This document shows, one piece after another, positions 1 to 17,635 of a stretch of 64,000 nt of DNA (its first letter is position 1; the number at the start of each line of letters is the position of its first letter). The notes under the pieces were generated by a model. The model saw nothing but the letters and a program-made list of their open reading frames with translations. It had not been told where the DNA came from and did not search any database. The position numbers were made by a program, and so were the translations under genes. Location: positions 6,303,264-6,367,263 of the forward strand of contig CAVNZM010000006.1 in the NCBI GenBank assembly GCA_963693365.1. Direction: 5' to 3'. The DNA is from Amoebidium appalachense (lineage: Eukaryota > Protista > Ichthyosporea).

Positions 1-257
1 GTGCGTATGTGTGTGTGTGCAAGAGAGGGGGGAAGGGGGGGGGGAGGGGGGTGAAAGAATGTAAGAGTTGGAGGGTGGGAATCGTGGAAGCGAAGACATT
101 CTTATATTGAAAGGGTGCGTGTGTGTTTCCAGGGGGGGGGGGGGGGGGGGGGGGGGAGGGGGGTGAATAGATTGTGGAGTTCCGTTGTGTGTCTATGGGA
201 AGCAGGGAAGGAGGGGAAAAAGGAGGAGTGGGGGATAGGGGTGGGGGGGTTGCCAAC

Positions 258-4199
<3,942 letters not shown>

Positions 4200-4299
4200 T
4201 AACAGGTTCAGAATTCAAGAATAATCTAACAAACGACCACAAAGGATACAAGTGTGCTCGTTGCATATTGGTCCGTTCTCAGGCAGTGCATTATTTACT

Positions 4300-4392
<93 letters not shown>

Positions 4393-4446
4393 CGCGCGCG
4401 TGCGTGCATGCATGTGTGCGTGCATGTGTGCGTGCATGTGTGTGTG

Positions 4447-4514
<68 letters not shown>

Positions 4515-5472
4515 CGCGTGTGTGCGTGCGTGCGTGCGTGCGTGCACGTGTGTGCGTGCGTGTGTGTGTGTGTGCCCACGTGTGTGCGTGCGTGCGTGCG
4601 TGCAGTGTGTAGCCATGAACAGTAACCATCCAACACTATCGAATGTAGGTAGAGATAACAAGATTAAAATCAACACCCTAACACCAAATATTTACTCATT
4701 AATCTCTCGTGTCGACAAACCAAGGCACCTTGCATAACAGTACACTGCATAACAGTACACTGTGTGGTTTGCTCCACGAGTGAACGCATCATGCACGAGC
4801 GAACCTGTACTATCGTTTTTGTGTGTTAACCTCTTGAGGACCGTCCTAATTTATTTGGACGGGTCCCGACCAAGGCCTAAACAACTCTATTGCGGCTCAA
4901 AATCAATTAAAAAAGTCCCAAATAAATTGTAAATGTCGACAGGTATATGTCTTACCTACATATGTTACTAAGATGGTTTGGGGGAAATATCATTATTTCT
5001 AGGCTTTTATATCTGTTTCTGAAGTGATTTTCGAGATTTTGAGAAAATCTAGAATTGACATCGAATGTCGACTGAGCCGGCCAATCATGTTTTGCCATTT
5101 GGAGCCATTTTCAGAATGGTCCAATCAGAAGATTGCATTGACAGCATTTCGATGTCGTCATTGACTCGTCAAGCCGGCAAGCACCCTTTGTAGATACACC
5201 ATATACAAGGTATCGTTATTGGTATAAAGTTCAATTTCTTTTTGCATAAGACGAAGCATGAGTATATATTCTAATCTCGTGCAACTTTTATTTGGCTGGT
5301 TCCTATCAACTTCATCTTAACATTATGGCACAAACTGACTCATGTTGATGTCAGTTGATGTCGTGTCGATCTCGTGGAAATTACGGGGTTGAACAGGTTA
5401 AGGAGATATTGGGGGGAGGAAGAGGGGAAGGAGGGGGGGGGGGGGGGGGGGGGGGGGGATGGATAATGCACA

Positions 5473-5513
<41 letters not shown>

Positions 5514-5581
5514 TGCCTTCATTTTTCTTCTTTTCTTGCCTATTTTTTCCCCTTCTTTTTCTTCTTCTCCCTTCTTCTTCT

Positions 5582-5633
<52 letters not shown>

Positions 5634-6181
5634 GGGGAGGGGAGAGGGAGGGAGGGGGGGGGGGAGGGGGGGGGGGGGGGGGGGGGGGGTATGTCTTAAC
5701 ACTCACCTGGTTGCAGGTTTGGGCTCATAATTCTGTGCATTTGCTCCCGAACTCCGATGTTCTGATTTAAAACCCCATACAGCATCAGCATACAGGTGAA
5801 AGAAACACCTGACATGTGTTGCTCATGTCGACGATTTATTGGCTGTGTGCTCTATTTCTTTGCCTCCGCTTTCTTTTCCTTTCCTTTTTTCGCCTCCACT
5901 TTATTAATATCATTGTTTTCTTTATATATATTGTTATTATTGTTTTCCTTATATATTATTGTTTTTTCTTTATATATATAAATATATAAATATATATATA
6001 TATGGGGGGAGGGGTTGAGGGGGGAGGGAGGGGAAGGGGGTTAGGATGGAAGGGATCTGTGTTTTTTCGGGAACCAGAGAAACGAACCGACACACACAGA
6101 AGGGGTGCCCCCCCCCCTCTCCCCCCCCCTCCCCCCCCCCCCCCCCCCCCCCTCCCCCCGGCTTTTTTTTTTTGTGGTGAA

Positions 6182-6214
<33 letters not shown>

Positions 6215-6331
6215 GGGGAGAAACAAGGCAGGGCAAGAAAGTCAGAGCCGGGAGGGAGGGTAAAAGAAAGAAAGAGAAGTGTAGGGAGGCCGAGGTTGGC
6301 GGAAAGCCGGGGGGGAGGGGGGGGGAAGGAG

Positions 6332-6436
<105 letters not shown>

Positions 6437-6665
6437 CGGAGAGAGAGAGAGAGAAAGAGAGAGAAAAGGTGTGTGTGTGTGTTTGCAAGTGTGTGTGTGG
6501 AAGGAGTTTCTTAGAGAGAAGGAGGACAATATTCGTGTATGTGGGTGTGTGGGGTACTTGACGAAAACCAGCCACACGGGATGATTGGAGTGAACGAGAG
6601 GCCGCGCGGAGGGAGGGGGGGGGGGGGGGGGAGGGGGGGGGGACGCAAATAAAGGGGCCACCTAC

Positions 6666-7685
<1,020 letters not shown>

Positions 7686-8034
7686 TTTCCCACCGCGGCC
7701 CCTTGCCGCTGCACCTATTTTTCCCCCTTACCTATCCACATAAAACAAGGCCTTACACACAGGCCACCCTATAGAAACTAAGTGGAGATTTTGCTTAAGT
7801 AATGGTGTTGAAGTTGTGATGATATGCACGTGCGCCCTATCTAAGTTGGTGTTTTGTGCAAACGTCTTGTTGCTTGAACACACGCCTCGCGCCCTAACCT
7901 TCTGGCCGTACACGCCCGACTCTAATGGTCTGCTTTTCCCCTCTGTTCGGCTCTGTTCGGCTTGGCTGACTCGGGGGAGAGCCGAGACACGGCCCTCTGT
8001 GTTCAGATGGCCGTGGCCGAGGAGGGCGGCAAAT

Positions 8035-8085
8035 TTTCGCGCCAAATTTTTTATTTCACCAATCAGCGCGCGCTAAATGACGTCA
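8035..8085. promoter_or_regulatory. Promoter-like cluster: overlapping E2F sites, CCAAT box and CRE
   Basis: TTTCGCGCCAAA at 8035-8046 (DHFR-type overlapping E2F site), CCAATCA near 8059 and TGACGTCA at 8078-8085, about 350-400 bp upstream of the minus-strand ATG at 7685. Confidence 0.5.
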
Positions 8086-8893
8086 TATCCCCAGGAGGCC
8101 CTCGAAGGCCGCGCCCCTTAGCAGCTGCCGCGGTGTGACATTGGGGTGAACCGTGGCAGGTGTGAGACTGTGTGAGACGCCAATGAACAGCCTGTGACCA
8201 TGATTGTGCAATGCGAGAGAACGTTGGGGTGCTTCCTTTTCTCAGTATGCGACAGCTTTCTTTAGCCCTGCCAGCTGCAACTTTAACTATCAGTCATTAT
8301 TCGGATGAACTTGAATGTGCAATTGCGCCCTCTAGAGATCTGGACTCTCTCTCTCTCGCTCTCCCTCTCTCTCTCTCTCTCCCCCCCCCCCCCCCCCCCC
8401 CCCCCTCCCTCCCTATTTTTTTTTATTTTATTTTTTTATTTTATCCCGTTTCACTCCCGGCGAGGCACTGCCTCAGGGGAGCTTACCGTCTTCCGCCTAG
8501 ACACAGATCGTACACGGTATAGCACATAGCACACTCATAAGTCAGGATTCTAATTGACCCCAACTGGCACTATTTTAGTTACGCCTTATCCCACGGTTCT
8601 AGCCGCAGCAACGCTAGTGGGGAAGTGAGCACAGCTCACTTTAACAACACCAGCCGGGAGCGACCCGGGACACATACACAAACATAAAGACTTGAAAGGG
8701 GAAGACCCCATGCCCAGGACGCTGACCCGAACCGTGGCCGGTGACTCGGGTTGGTCTCCCACTTGAACGTTGGGCTGGGATGCCCAAGCGGCGCGCCGTC
8801 GACGTCAGAGGGCCGGTGCTGTTCATGACGTCATGTCGTGCGGCCGGATGATAACAAATTGGTGGTGCTGCTTGACGTGGTCTGGGGTGATGG

Positions 8894-8947
8894 CTTCTAG
8901 GCAAGGCCTCCTAAATAGCACACCATTTAGGAGGCCTTGCTTCTAGG
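8894..8947. mobile_element. 38-bp hAT-like mini-element with 8-bp target-site duplication
   Basis: CTTCTAGG [CAAGGCCTCCTAAAT AGCACACC ATTTAGGAGGCCTTG] CTTCTAGG: perfect 15-bp inverted repeats (8902-8939) flanked by identical 8-mers. Confidence 0.65.
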
Positions 8948-8978
8948 GGACGGCCAGACCAATGGACCGTCGAGGCAG

Positions 8979-9057
8979 AAAAATCGGAAGTAATCAGGAT
9001 CGATCCTGCGACTTTGAGCTTGACACGCAGAGATCTTACCATTGCACCAACCCGCCC
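8979..9057 (-). pseudogene. Degenerate tRNA-like sequence (tRNA pseudogene or SINE head)
   Basis: Minus strand reads GGCGGGT-TGGTGCAATGGT (A box)...GTGTCAA...GCAGGATCGATCCTG (B-box/T-arm-like)...TTTTT. Box spacing is tRNA-like, but the acceptor and anticodon stems do not pair well. Confidence 0.45.
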
Positions 9058-9385
9058 CCACCCTCCCTCCCTACCTCCCTCCCTCCCTCTCTCCCTCCCT
9101 CCCTCTCCCCCCCCCTGCCTCCCTGCCTCCCTGCCTCCCTCCCTCCCTCCCTCCCTCCCTCCCTCCCTCCCTAGCTCCCTCCCTCCCTCCCTCCCTCCCT
9201 CCCTCCCTCCCTCCGTCCGTCCGTCCTTCCAACCCTCCCTCCCTCCCTCCCTCCCTCCCTCCCTCCCTCCCTCCCTCCCTCCCTCCCTCCCTCCCTCCCT
9301 CCCTCCCTCCCTCCCTCCCTCTTTTTTCTCTCTCTCTCTCTCTCTCCCTCTCCCTCTCTCTCTCCCTCTCCCTCTCCCTCTCTCT

Positions 9386-9430
<45 letters not shown>

Positions 9431-9521
9431 CCCCCCCCCCCCCCCCCCCCCCCGCCTCTCTCCCTCCCTCCCTCCCCCCTCCTCTCTCTCTTTCGCTTTC
9501 TCTCGCTTTCTTTACCCCCCC

Positions 9522-9572
<51 letters not shown>

Positions 9573-9950
9573 CGGGGCCCCCTCTCCCTCAAGATTCTCT
9601 CTGCTCTTACCATCCCCTCGCTTGTTTTTTGGGGGGGGTTGTTTTTTTCTTTTGGCCGTTCGTTTCTTTCAGCCCAAAGCCCCCTCGTCTGCTCGCTCGA
9701 GCCCCTCCTCTAGATCTCATTCTGAGCGGCTGAGTATCATATTGTAAAAAATCATAAGACATATGTAATCAGTGACGACCTACAGTCAATGAAAGTTCAA
9801 GAAAGTGACACTCGTAACGCAAAATGCGATGAAATTTCTGGCCGTGAATCCCTGCTACTTTTTATGGCATATGCATGGTGCGCGCACGCACGTGCGATTC
9901 GATAACACCACTTGGGTCACAAGCTTTCAGACCCTACTTGTCATTTCCCC

Positions 9951-9987
9951 TATAAAAAACCCTCATGCGAGCCAGCCAACCTCAGTC
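9951..9987 (+). promoter_or_regulatory. TATA box and initiator of protease copy 1
   Basis: TATAAAA at 9951 and TCAGTC starting 31 nt later, upstream of ATG 10104; both conserved in copy 2. Confidence 0.65.
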
Positions 9988-10103
9988 TACTGCCATTTGT
10001 CTCACTAGGCACACCCACAGGCACTTGCCCAGTGACCCAGGTAGTAGTCACTCAGTCTGGTTGAATATTAGTTAGCAACAGCATCTTTTCGACAGTAGTC
10101 ACA

Positions 10104-11623
10104 ATGCTGGGCACCAACATCCTTCTCCCGTCGGCGCTGCTGGCCGCTGCGCTCGGGTCGGTGCGCGGGGCCTGGCTGCCCTTCTCGCTCAACGGCACCG
10201 ACCCCCCGGGCCGCATCTTCAACGGCGCCCAGGCCGGCCGGGCGCGGCCGTGGATGGCCAGCTTCCAGAACCCGGCCAACGCCGGCACGGCGCAGCGCGG
10301 GCACTACTGCGGGGGGGCGCTGGTCAACCCCGAGTGGGTGCTGACGGCCGCGCACTGCGACGTGCAGCCGGGCCACACGGTGGCCTTTGGCGGCCTGGAC
10401 CTGCCGCGGCCCGTGCAGTTCCACGTGCGCCAGGCGGCCCAGTTCATCATCCACCCCACATACCAGCCCGGTGTCGTCGAGTCCTTTGGCGACATTGCCC
10501 TCGTGCGCCTCAACGCCCCCGTCTTCCTGCCCGAGGGCTCCTACATGCGCCTGCATGCCGGCCCCTTCCCCAACTGGCCCACCCCGCAGGAGGCCACCCG
10601 CACGGGCTTTGAGGTCTACGGCTGGGGCGCACTGGCCGAGACCAACCAGGCGCAGCCCATCGACTTCCCCACCCACCTCAACCACGCCCTCTTTGCTGCC
10701 TTTGACGCCGCCACCTGCCGCGCCTTCACCCAGGACCCCACCATCGACCCCAGCCTCAAGATCTGTGCCGGGGGGGTGGACGTGAGCATCTGCCGGGGCG
10801 ACAGCGGGGGGCGCTCTTCAACGAAGGCACCGACCGGCTGGGCGACCGGCCCATCGACCGGCCCTGCCAGGTCGGCATTGTGTCGTATTCGAGGCTGGAC
10901 GTGTGCGCACGTGAGCCCCCCAACCGCCTGCGCATGGACGTCTACACGTTTGTGCCGGCCTTTGTGGACTGGGTGGCCACCACCATCCGCAACGTCCAGG
11001 CCCAGATTGTCGGCGGCCCATCCTCGGCCGTGGGCGGCGATGCCTCGGGGGAGAAACAGGACGGGGAGAAACAGGACGGGGAGGGCAAGATGGGCGGCGA
11101 GAAGGCACCGTCACGGGGCTACCAGGCGCAAAGCCAGACGTGGTACGATGGGTCGGAGAAGGGCACGGGCAAGGGCATCCCCATCGTGACGCTGTGCCGG
11201 GCCGCCATCAACAACCTCAACTACAAGCGCCGCGTGCTGCTGCCCCAGGGCGTGGTCGACCCCCTGCCCCCCGATGTGCCCGTGGTCCTGCCTGCCCCCA
11301 CCGTGCCCATCGGCCCCCTGGCGGCCCAGGACAGAGAGCGCTTTGTTAACGGCAACCCCTCCCACCTGTACCCCAGCAGCACTGCCAGCCAGTACCCAGT
11401 GCCCACCACCAGCAGCCAGTACCCAGTGCCCACCACCAGCAGCCAGTACCCAGTGCCCACCACCAGTAGCCAGTACCCAGTGCCCACCACCAGCAGCCAG
11501 TACCCAGTGCCCACCACCAGCAGCCAGTACCCAGTGCCCACCTCCACCAGCAGCAGCCAGTACCCCACCCCCATCGAGTCAGAGCACTACACCACCGCAA
11601 CAATGACCGCATGGGACTACTAG
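10104..11623 (+). CDS. Secreted S1A (chymotrypsin-family) serine protease with S/T/P/Y repeat tail, copy 1; 1-nt frameshift at 10806-10811
   Basis: Signal peptide, activation site R|IFNG, HYCGGALV, TAAHC, GDIALVRL, ICRGDSGG (Ser at position 189, so not trypsin-type specificity). One extra G gives GDSGGALFNEG...CQVGIVSY...VYTFVPAFVDWV and about 506 aa. Intronless and GC-rich. Confidence 0.9.
11387..11572 (+). repeat. Coding 27-bp tandem repeat (SQYPVPTTS), about 7 units
   Basis: AGCCAGTACCCAGTGCCCACCACCAGC repeated within the distal ORF. Confidence 0.95.
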
Positions 11624-12092
11624 GTCTGCACGAGGCATGCAGCGACGTGCACGTGATTCGCCAGAAATCAGGCAACGAAACCAAGAGACGTGCTCTGGGT
11701 CTTCCTTTTTGCTACATTGTTGTGGCATATGTACAATAGGAACGTATGATGTATTAGACGTGGTGTGCACAAAACCTGATGTGCAAACTACCCCTTTTTG
11801 GCTTTGAAACACGAACCTAGCTCAGCATGCGGCAATAGTAGTTGCAGCAGAGTAGCTAGTGGGATGGAAAGCCAATGCCATAGGTTATACTGGTGAGAGG
11901 TACGGGCTACTGTAAGCTTTGTGCAAAACCAGGAAAGAAAGTGTTGACTGTATGAAATTGAATAAAAACATAAAAATAAAATGGTGAATATCCAACACTG
12001 GTACGGTTACCCCTTCTCAGAGTCTGTAGGTCTGTCACTGAAAACTGTCTCTCTTGCTCAGTCGCTCTCGCTGTTCAACACTCTCCCTCTTC

Positions 12093-12293
<201 letters not shown>

Positions 12294-13352
12294 CCCCCTC
12301 CCCCCCCCCCCCCCTCTCTCTCTCCCTCTCTCTCTTTCTCTCTCAGACTCTCCGCCCTCCCCCCCCCCCCCCCCCACCGCCCCCTCATTCTTCCCCCCCT
12401 CCCATCTCACTCATACTTTCTCTTTCTTTCTCTCTCTCCCTCATCCCCCCCGGGGGGGAGGGGGGGAGGGGGGGAGGGGAGGAGAGGTATTATAGGAGGA
12501 GGTACTGTAGGACAGGAAAGAAAAGGCATTGCGTATTCCTGTAACAATTATACTGGATTGGGAACCAGATATCATACCGTCGAATCTACTGGTCGACGTC
12601 CCTATAAACGAAGAAGAAGAGCGACAATAAGGATGTGCGTAGAGTTACTGTTTATCTAATAGATCACAGTTGTTCACGCGATTCTCCGTATCTTATCAGC
12701 CAAAAAATGGGTGTCGGTACCGATGCTTAAGGGAGTGTGTAGTGTAACTTAGATCGTCGGAGGTTTTTTCCTTCTAGTTGTATTCAACGGACCGGGGCAT
12801 CATGCAGACAGGGATAAGAATGGGAGTATAGACAATCGCCATAACGACAACGAGATATTCACTTAGATAGCCTAACCGGATGTCCGACGGGTTATACCAA
12901 ATACGAAAATTTCAAAGGATTTCTAGAACTTCAAGTCACGATGATAAACTCAGTTATGGGGGCCTACAATCACTAAATTGTTAGCCACAAATCTACCCAC
13001 CGGCGTAGCTGGGGCGAATACCCTGGGCAAAGTGTGTGCAAGTAGTTAGGATTGTTTAAAGGTGTGTTAGCTTAGCTAATAATACCGTAGCACCCTAACT
13101 AGAGTACTGTCGGTGCTGGGTGGAAGATGGTAGTTCCCCATGATAAAAAATTAGCCACAAGTTAGAGTTGAGTGCATGGAAAACATGATACTTCTTGATT
13201 GCCAGCAAATAGTCTAAAGTAGTGGTATCGGTTTTGCCAATAGGATAGAGTGTGGATGTAAAGAGTGCTCGGTTTGTCAAGTTCACACACACACACACAC
13301 ACATGCACACACACACACACACACAAGCACACGCACACACACGAACGCACAT

Positions 13353-13386
<34 letters not shown>

Positions 13387-13460
13387 TCACCCACCCACCC
13401 ACCCACACCCACACCCACACCCACACACACACACACACACACCTACCTGTACCCCATCCA

Positions 13461-13491
<31 letters not shown>

Positions 13492-14254
13492 CCTCTTCCC
13501 CCCCCCACCCCAACTTTCTAGTACCTTCGCTCTGCAGACCCTCCTCCGCCCGAATCACAAAGATATCAGTTAGTTGTAACCGTCCTTCATCCATCTATCT
13601 CCATCTATCCTTCATCCATCTATCTCAACACCACAAAAAGCAGCCGGTGCCGCTTGAACTGATGATGAGTTCAATTAGTGTTCTTCTAGACCTTGCCACG
13701 TACCAACAGATCACAAATCATAAGCATGAGCCAAACAGGTTTGTAATTTCAATCAATAATACACTAAGATACGGCCACACAGCCTACGGGTAAGGTTGCG
13801 GCAGCCAGTATTTGAAGACATCTTACAAGTTATGTATCCCGTTGGGTGTGTGCCATGGGTTTTCTTCGTTTTCTTTTTCTGTTTCTTGTTCTTTATTGTT
13901 TTCTGTAGTTTTCTTCTTCTTTTTTCCTCTCGCGGTCACATTTTTAGTTTTATTTTTTGTGTGGCGGAGAGGGGGGGGGGGGGAGGGGGGGGGGGGGGGG
14001 GGAAGGGAGAGGGAGTGGGGAGGAGGGGGTAGAGCCAAGGATAGCTGCAGGAAAGTAAAAGGGAAAGGGAAAGCCCATTGTCGTTAAGTCTACTACAATG
14101 TCTTGTACAAAATATGGGGGAAGGGGCTGGAAGGAGGGCGGGAATGGGGGGAAGGGGGGGGGGGGGGGGGGGGGGAGGAGGAGGGGAGGGAGGAGTAAAC
14201 TTGAGAGGAGGGGGGAAGGGGAAAGGGGAGGGAGGGGGGGGGGGGGAGGGGAGA

Positions 14255-14286
<32 letters not shown>

Positions 14287-15138
14287 GCGCTGGCTGGCAG
14301 GCAGGGAGTGTGCAGGGAATGCAATAGGAGGAGGGGGTGGGGGTTAGGTGGGGAGATCAGGGGGGGGGGGGGGGGTTATATGGAGATGGAAGGGGGGGGA
14401 ACCAGAGAACCAAACAGGGGGCCAACGCACGTAGGGTTTCTTAAATGGTGTGTGTGGTGTGTGTGTGTGGGGGGGGGGGGGGTCTGAGAATCGTCCATCA
14501 AAGAAATGTAGGGGCTCATTGCGTACCGTAATTATTACTTGTTATTACTTAACCAAGAGAGCTTCACAGCACAACTGGGAGCTATGTGGATTATTTTTTT
14601 TTTTGGTGGAAGCGGGAGCGGAAGAAGAGATGCCCTTAAAAAGAGAGAGGCCATGCCCGCACCGGGGGGTTGAGAGAGAGAGAGAGAGAGGGGGGGGGGG
14701 GGGGGGGGGGGGGGGGGAGGAGAGGGGGGGAGGGGGAGGGGGAGAGAGAGGAGGAGGGGGAAAGAAAGACGGAGACGGGGCCCAAGGGGGGGGAGGGAGA
14801 GGGAAAGAGGGAGAAAGAGCAAGAAGCCAGGGGAGGGGGGAGAGGGGAGAGACAAAAAGAGAGGGAGGAGGTGTATAGGTGGGGAGTTTGGGGGGGGGAG
14901 GGGGGAGGGGGGGTTAGCAAGGACAAGATTAGGGGATGGAGAAAGACCGAGAAAAAGGTGATAATTACGTCTGCTGCACGGCCTATACAGCAAGACTTAG
15001 TCGAGGGAGGGCGTGGAAAAGGAATATGGAGGGAGGGGCGGAAAAGTTGGGGGCGGGGGAGAGGAGGGGGCAGGCGCAGGGGGGAGGGGGGGGGGGAGAT
15101 CGAGAGGGAGAGGGGGAGGGGGAGGGGGGGGGGGGGGG

Positions 15139-15294
<156 letters not shown>

Positions 15295-15360
15295 AGGGAG
15301 GGGGGGGAGGGGGGAGGGGGAGGGAGGGAGGGAGGGAGGGAGGGGGGGGGGGGGGGGGGG

Positions 15361-15403
<43 letters not shown>

Positions 15404-15642
15404 TGTGAGGGGGGGGGGGGGGGGGGGGGGGGGGGGAGGGGGGGTAGGGAGTGGGAGGGAGAGACTGGCTGGCAGGAGTGGGGAGAAGGGGAGGTGGGAT
15501 GGGGGAGGGGGAGAAGGGGTGGACTGAGAAGAGCAGGGCACCAGCCTTGTGAGGGCCTTTTTTCATCATCGGACCTGCTCCTTGCTGGGCGATATCGATG
15601 CGCGCTTGGGCGCAGCGGGCGCTGGCGCGCCAAGCGGCCATA

Positions 15643-16163
15643 GGGCCGAATAGTGCTAACCAATGGACCTGGTTACACCGCATTCCGATCTCCTTCCATT
15701 TTGGTTAATCCGCTCAAGCCGTTATTGTGGAGGAGGGCAACAGAAATTCGTTCTAGCGCAAAATTAGAGCGTGCACAAACGGCATACCGTTTATGCTAAA
15801 TAATATGTATATCTTACACAAAAGCAGAAATATATACCAAATATATTATTAAAAAATTATCTGTATCCAAAAAGAAGAGAAAAATATTGGTTTTTACTGT
15901 TTTGTTATCTTTTACAGTATGCAATGGCGTCGCAGCTTCAAAGCAAAAAATGCTGCCATACTCTGGCTTAAACGAATCAGATAGAGTCGGCTCAGGGAGG
16001 CTGATCCATTGATTGGACGTTGGTTGGAATCGGATTATCTTAAGTTATATGAGCTGGTTGGATCTGGAAATCCCTCTCGAAGGATTTGAGCCATTTGATT
16101 GGAACCGGAAATCCATCCCCCCTAATATCCCTATTTTTTGGATTACCTATCATTATTCGGCCC
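15643..16163. mobile_element. MITE with GGGCCGAATAGTG-type TIRs (PIF/Harbinger-like), copy 1
   Basis: Starts GGGCCGAATAGTGCTA and ends TATCATTATTCGGCCC. The interior aligns in inverted orientation with 40383-40825. TSD not clear. Confidence 0.75.
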
Positions 16164-16515
16164 AGATCTAGATGAAGCCGCTGATCATGATTTCTTCGCG
16201 CCAAAAAGTTTTATTCCACCAATTAGCGCGCCGGAAATGACGCCACATTCCCCTGAGCTGGCTGGGCAGCTGGGCATGATATGGTGGCGGCAGGCTGGCA
16301 GGTGTGAGACTGTGCGAGACGCCAGACACCCTGAATGAGTCACAATGCGAAAGAACGTTGGGGTGCTTCTCTCTCGTAGCAGTGCCACAGCTTTTTACGA
16401 GAGTAGCGCGCGCGTTGGCCGAACATCTCTATCTCTCTCTCTCTCTCGAGCTCTGTCTCCCCCCCCCCCCCCCCCCCCCCCCCCGTGCACCCTCTCCCCC
16501 CCCCCCCTCTCTCTT

Positions 16516-16596
<81 letters not shown>

Positions 16597-16650
16597 TCTC
16601 TCTCTCTCTAGATCTCTCTCTCCTCTGATCACTCCTCCCTCTCTTTCTCT

Positions 16651-16700
<50 letters not shown>

Positions 16701-16831
16701 CCTCCCTCTCTTCCTCCCTTTCCCTCCCTCTCTTTCTCTCTCCCCCCCCCCCCCTAGGCCTCTCTCTCTCTGTGTGTGTGTGTGCACGTGTGTGTGTGTG
16801 TCTTCTTCTCTCCCCCTCTCTCTCCGGGCAG

Positions 16832-16864
<33 letters not shown>

Positions 16865-16989
16865 AGATCTCCCTCTCCCTCTCTAGATCTCTTCCTCCCT
16901 CTCTCTCTCTAGATGCCCCCCCTCCCGCCCCCCCCCCCCCCCCCCCTCTCTCTTCCCCCCCCCCCCCCCCACCCCCCTCTCCCTTTCTT

Positions 16990-17031
<42 letters not shown>

Positions 17032-17469
17032 CCCCCCCCCCCCCCCCCTCCCCCCTCCCTCTTTCGCTTTAGATCTGTCTGTTCATGTCTTTCCAATTCT
17101 CTCTCTCCTCCTCTCCCTCTCAAAGCTTTCTCTCCACTCCAACTTCTTGATTTATCTCTTCCCTTTCTGAATATATCCAGTCTCGAGCCAAGTTTTTTTC
17201 TTGCACATTGTCAGTGGCGTTTCTCCAAGTCCGAAGCACACTCCGCTGACGGTGAATACGTATCTTATAGGCGGCAGATATGTAATCAGTGACGGAACAG
17301 TTACTCGAGTTCGGCAATTCAAGAAGGTGGCACTCGTAACACAGATTCAATTTTCTGGGCCGTGAATCACAGCTAATTAGGTTCAGGCGTGGCGTTCATA
17401 AGTACGTGCGGTTCGATGACACCACTAAAGTCACAAGCATTCAGACCCCACTTGTCGCACCATATCGCA

Positions 17470-17505
17470 TATAAAAGGCCTTCTGCAAGTTAGCCAACCT
17501 CAGTC
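17470..17505 (+). promoter_or_regulatory. TATA box and initiator of protease copy 2
   Basis: TATAAAA at 17470 and TCAGTC at 17500, homologous to copy 1. Confidence 0.65.
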
Positions 17506-17635
17506 TACTGCCAGTTGTCTCACTGAACGCACCAACACAAGTACTAGTACACGCCCGATCACCCAGGTTCTAGTGACTCAGTCTGGTTGACTATAGATAG
17601 GCCACAGCATCAATCTTCCGACAGTAGTCACAATC

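Noticed and set aside
4826-5401. Possible piggyBac-like element between TTAA-CCT ends
   Set aside because: The inverted repeat match is too weak beyond TTAACCT.
10812-11189. Zero-frame C-terminus of the 361-aa protease ORF (also 18344-18721)
   Set aside because: It lacks protease motifs, and substitutions between copies are mostly synonymous in the -1 frame instead.
11387-11572. 27-bp repeats, and the 28-mers at 44453-44695, as CRISPR arrays
   Set aside because: No unique spacers, no cas genes, eukaryotic context; the first is a coding repeat.
12600-13270. Possible Ty3/gypsy RNase H remnant on the minus strand ([17 protein letters not shown])
   Set aside because: Fragmentary similarity with many stops; cannot be supported without a profile search.
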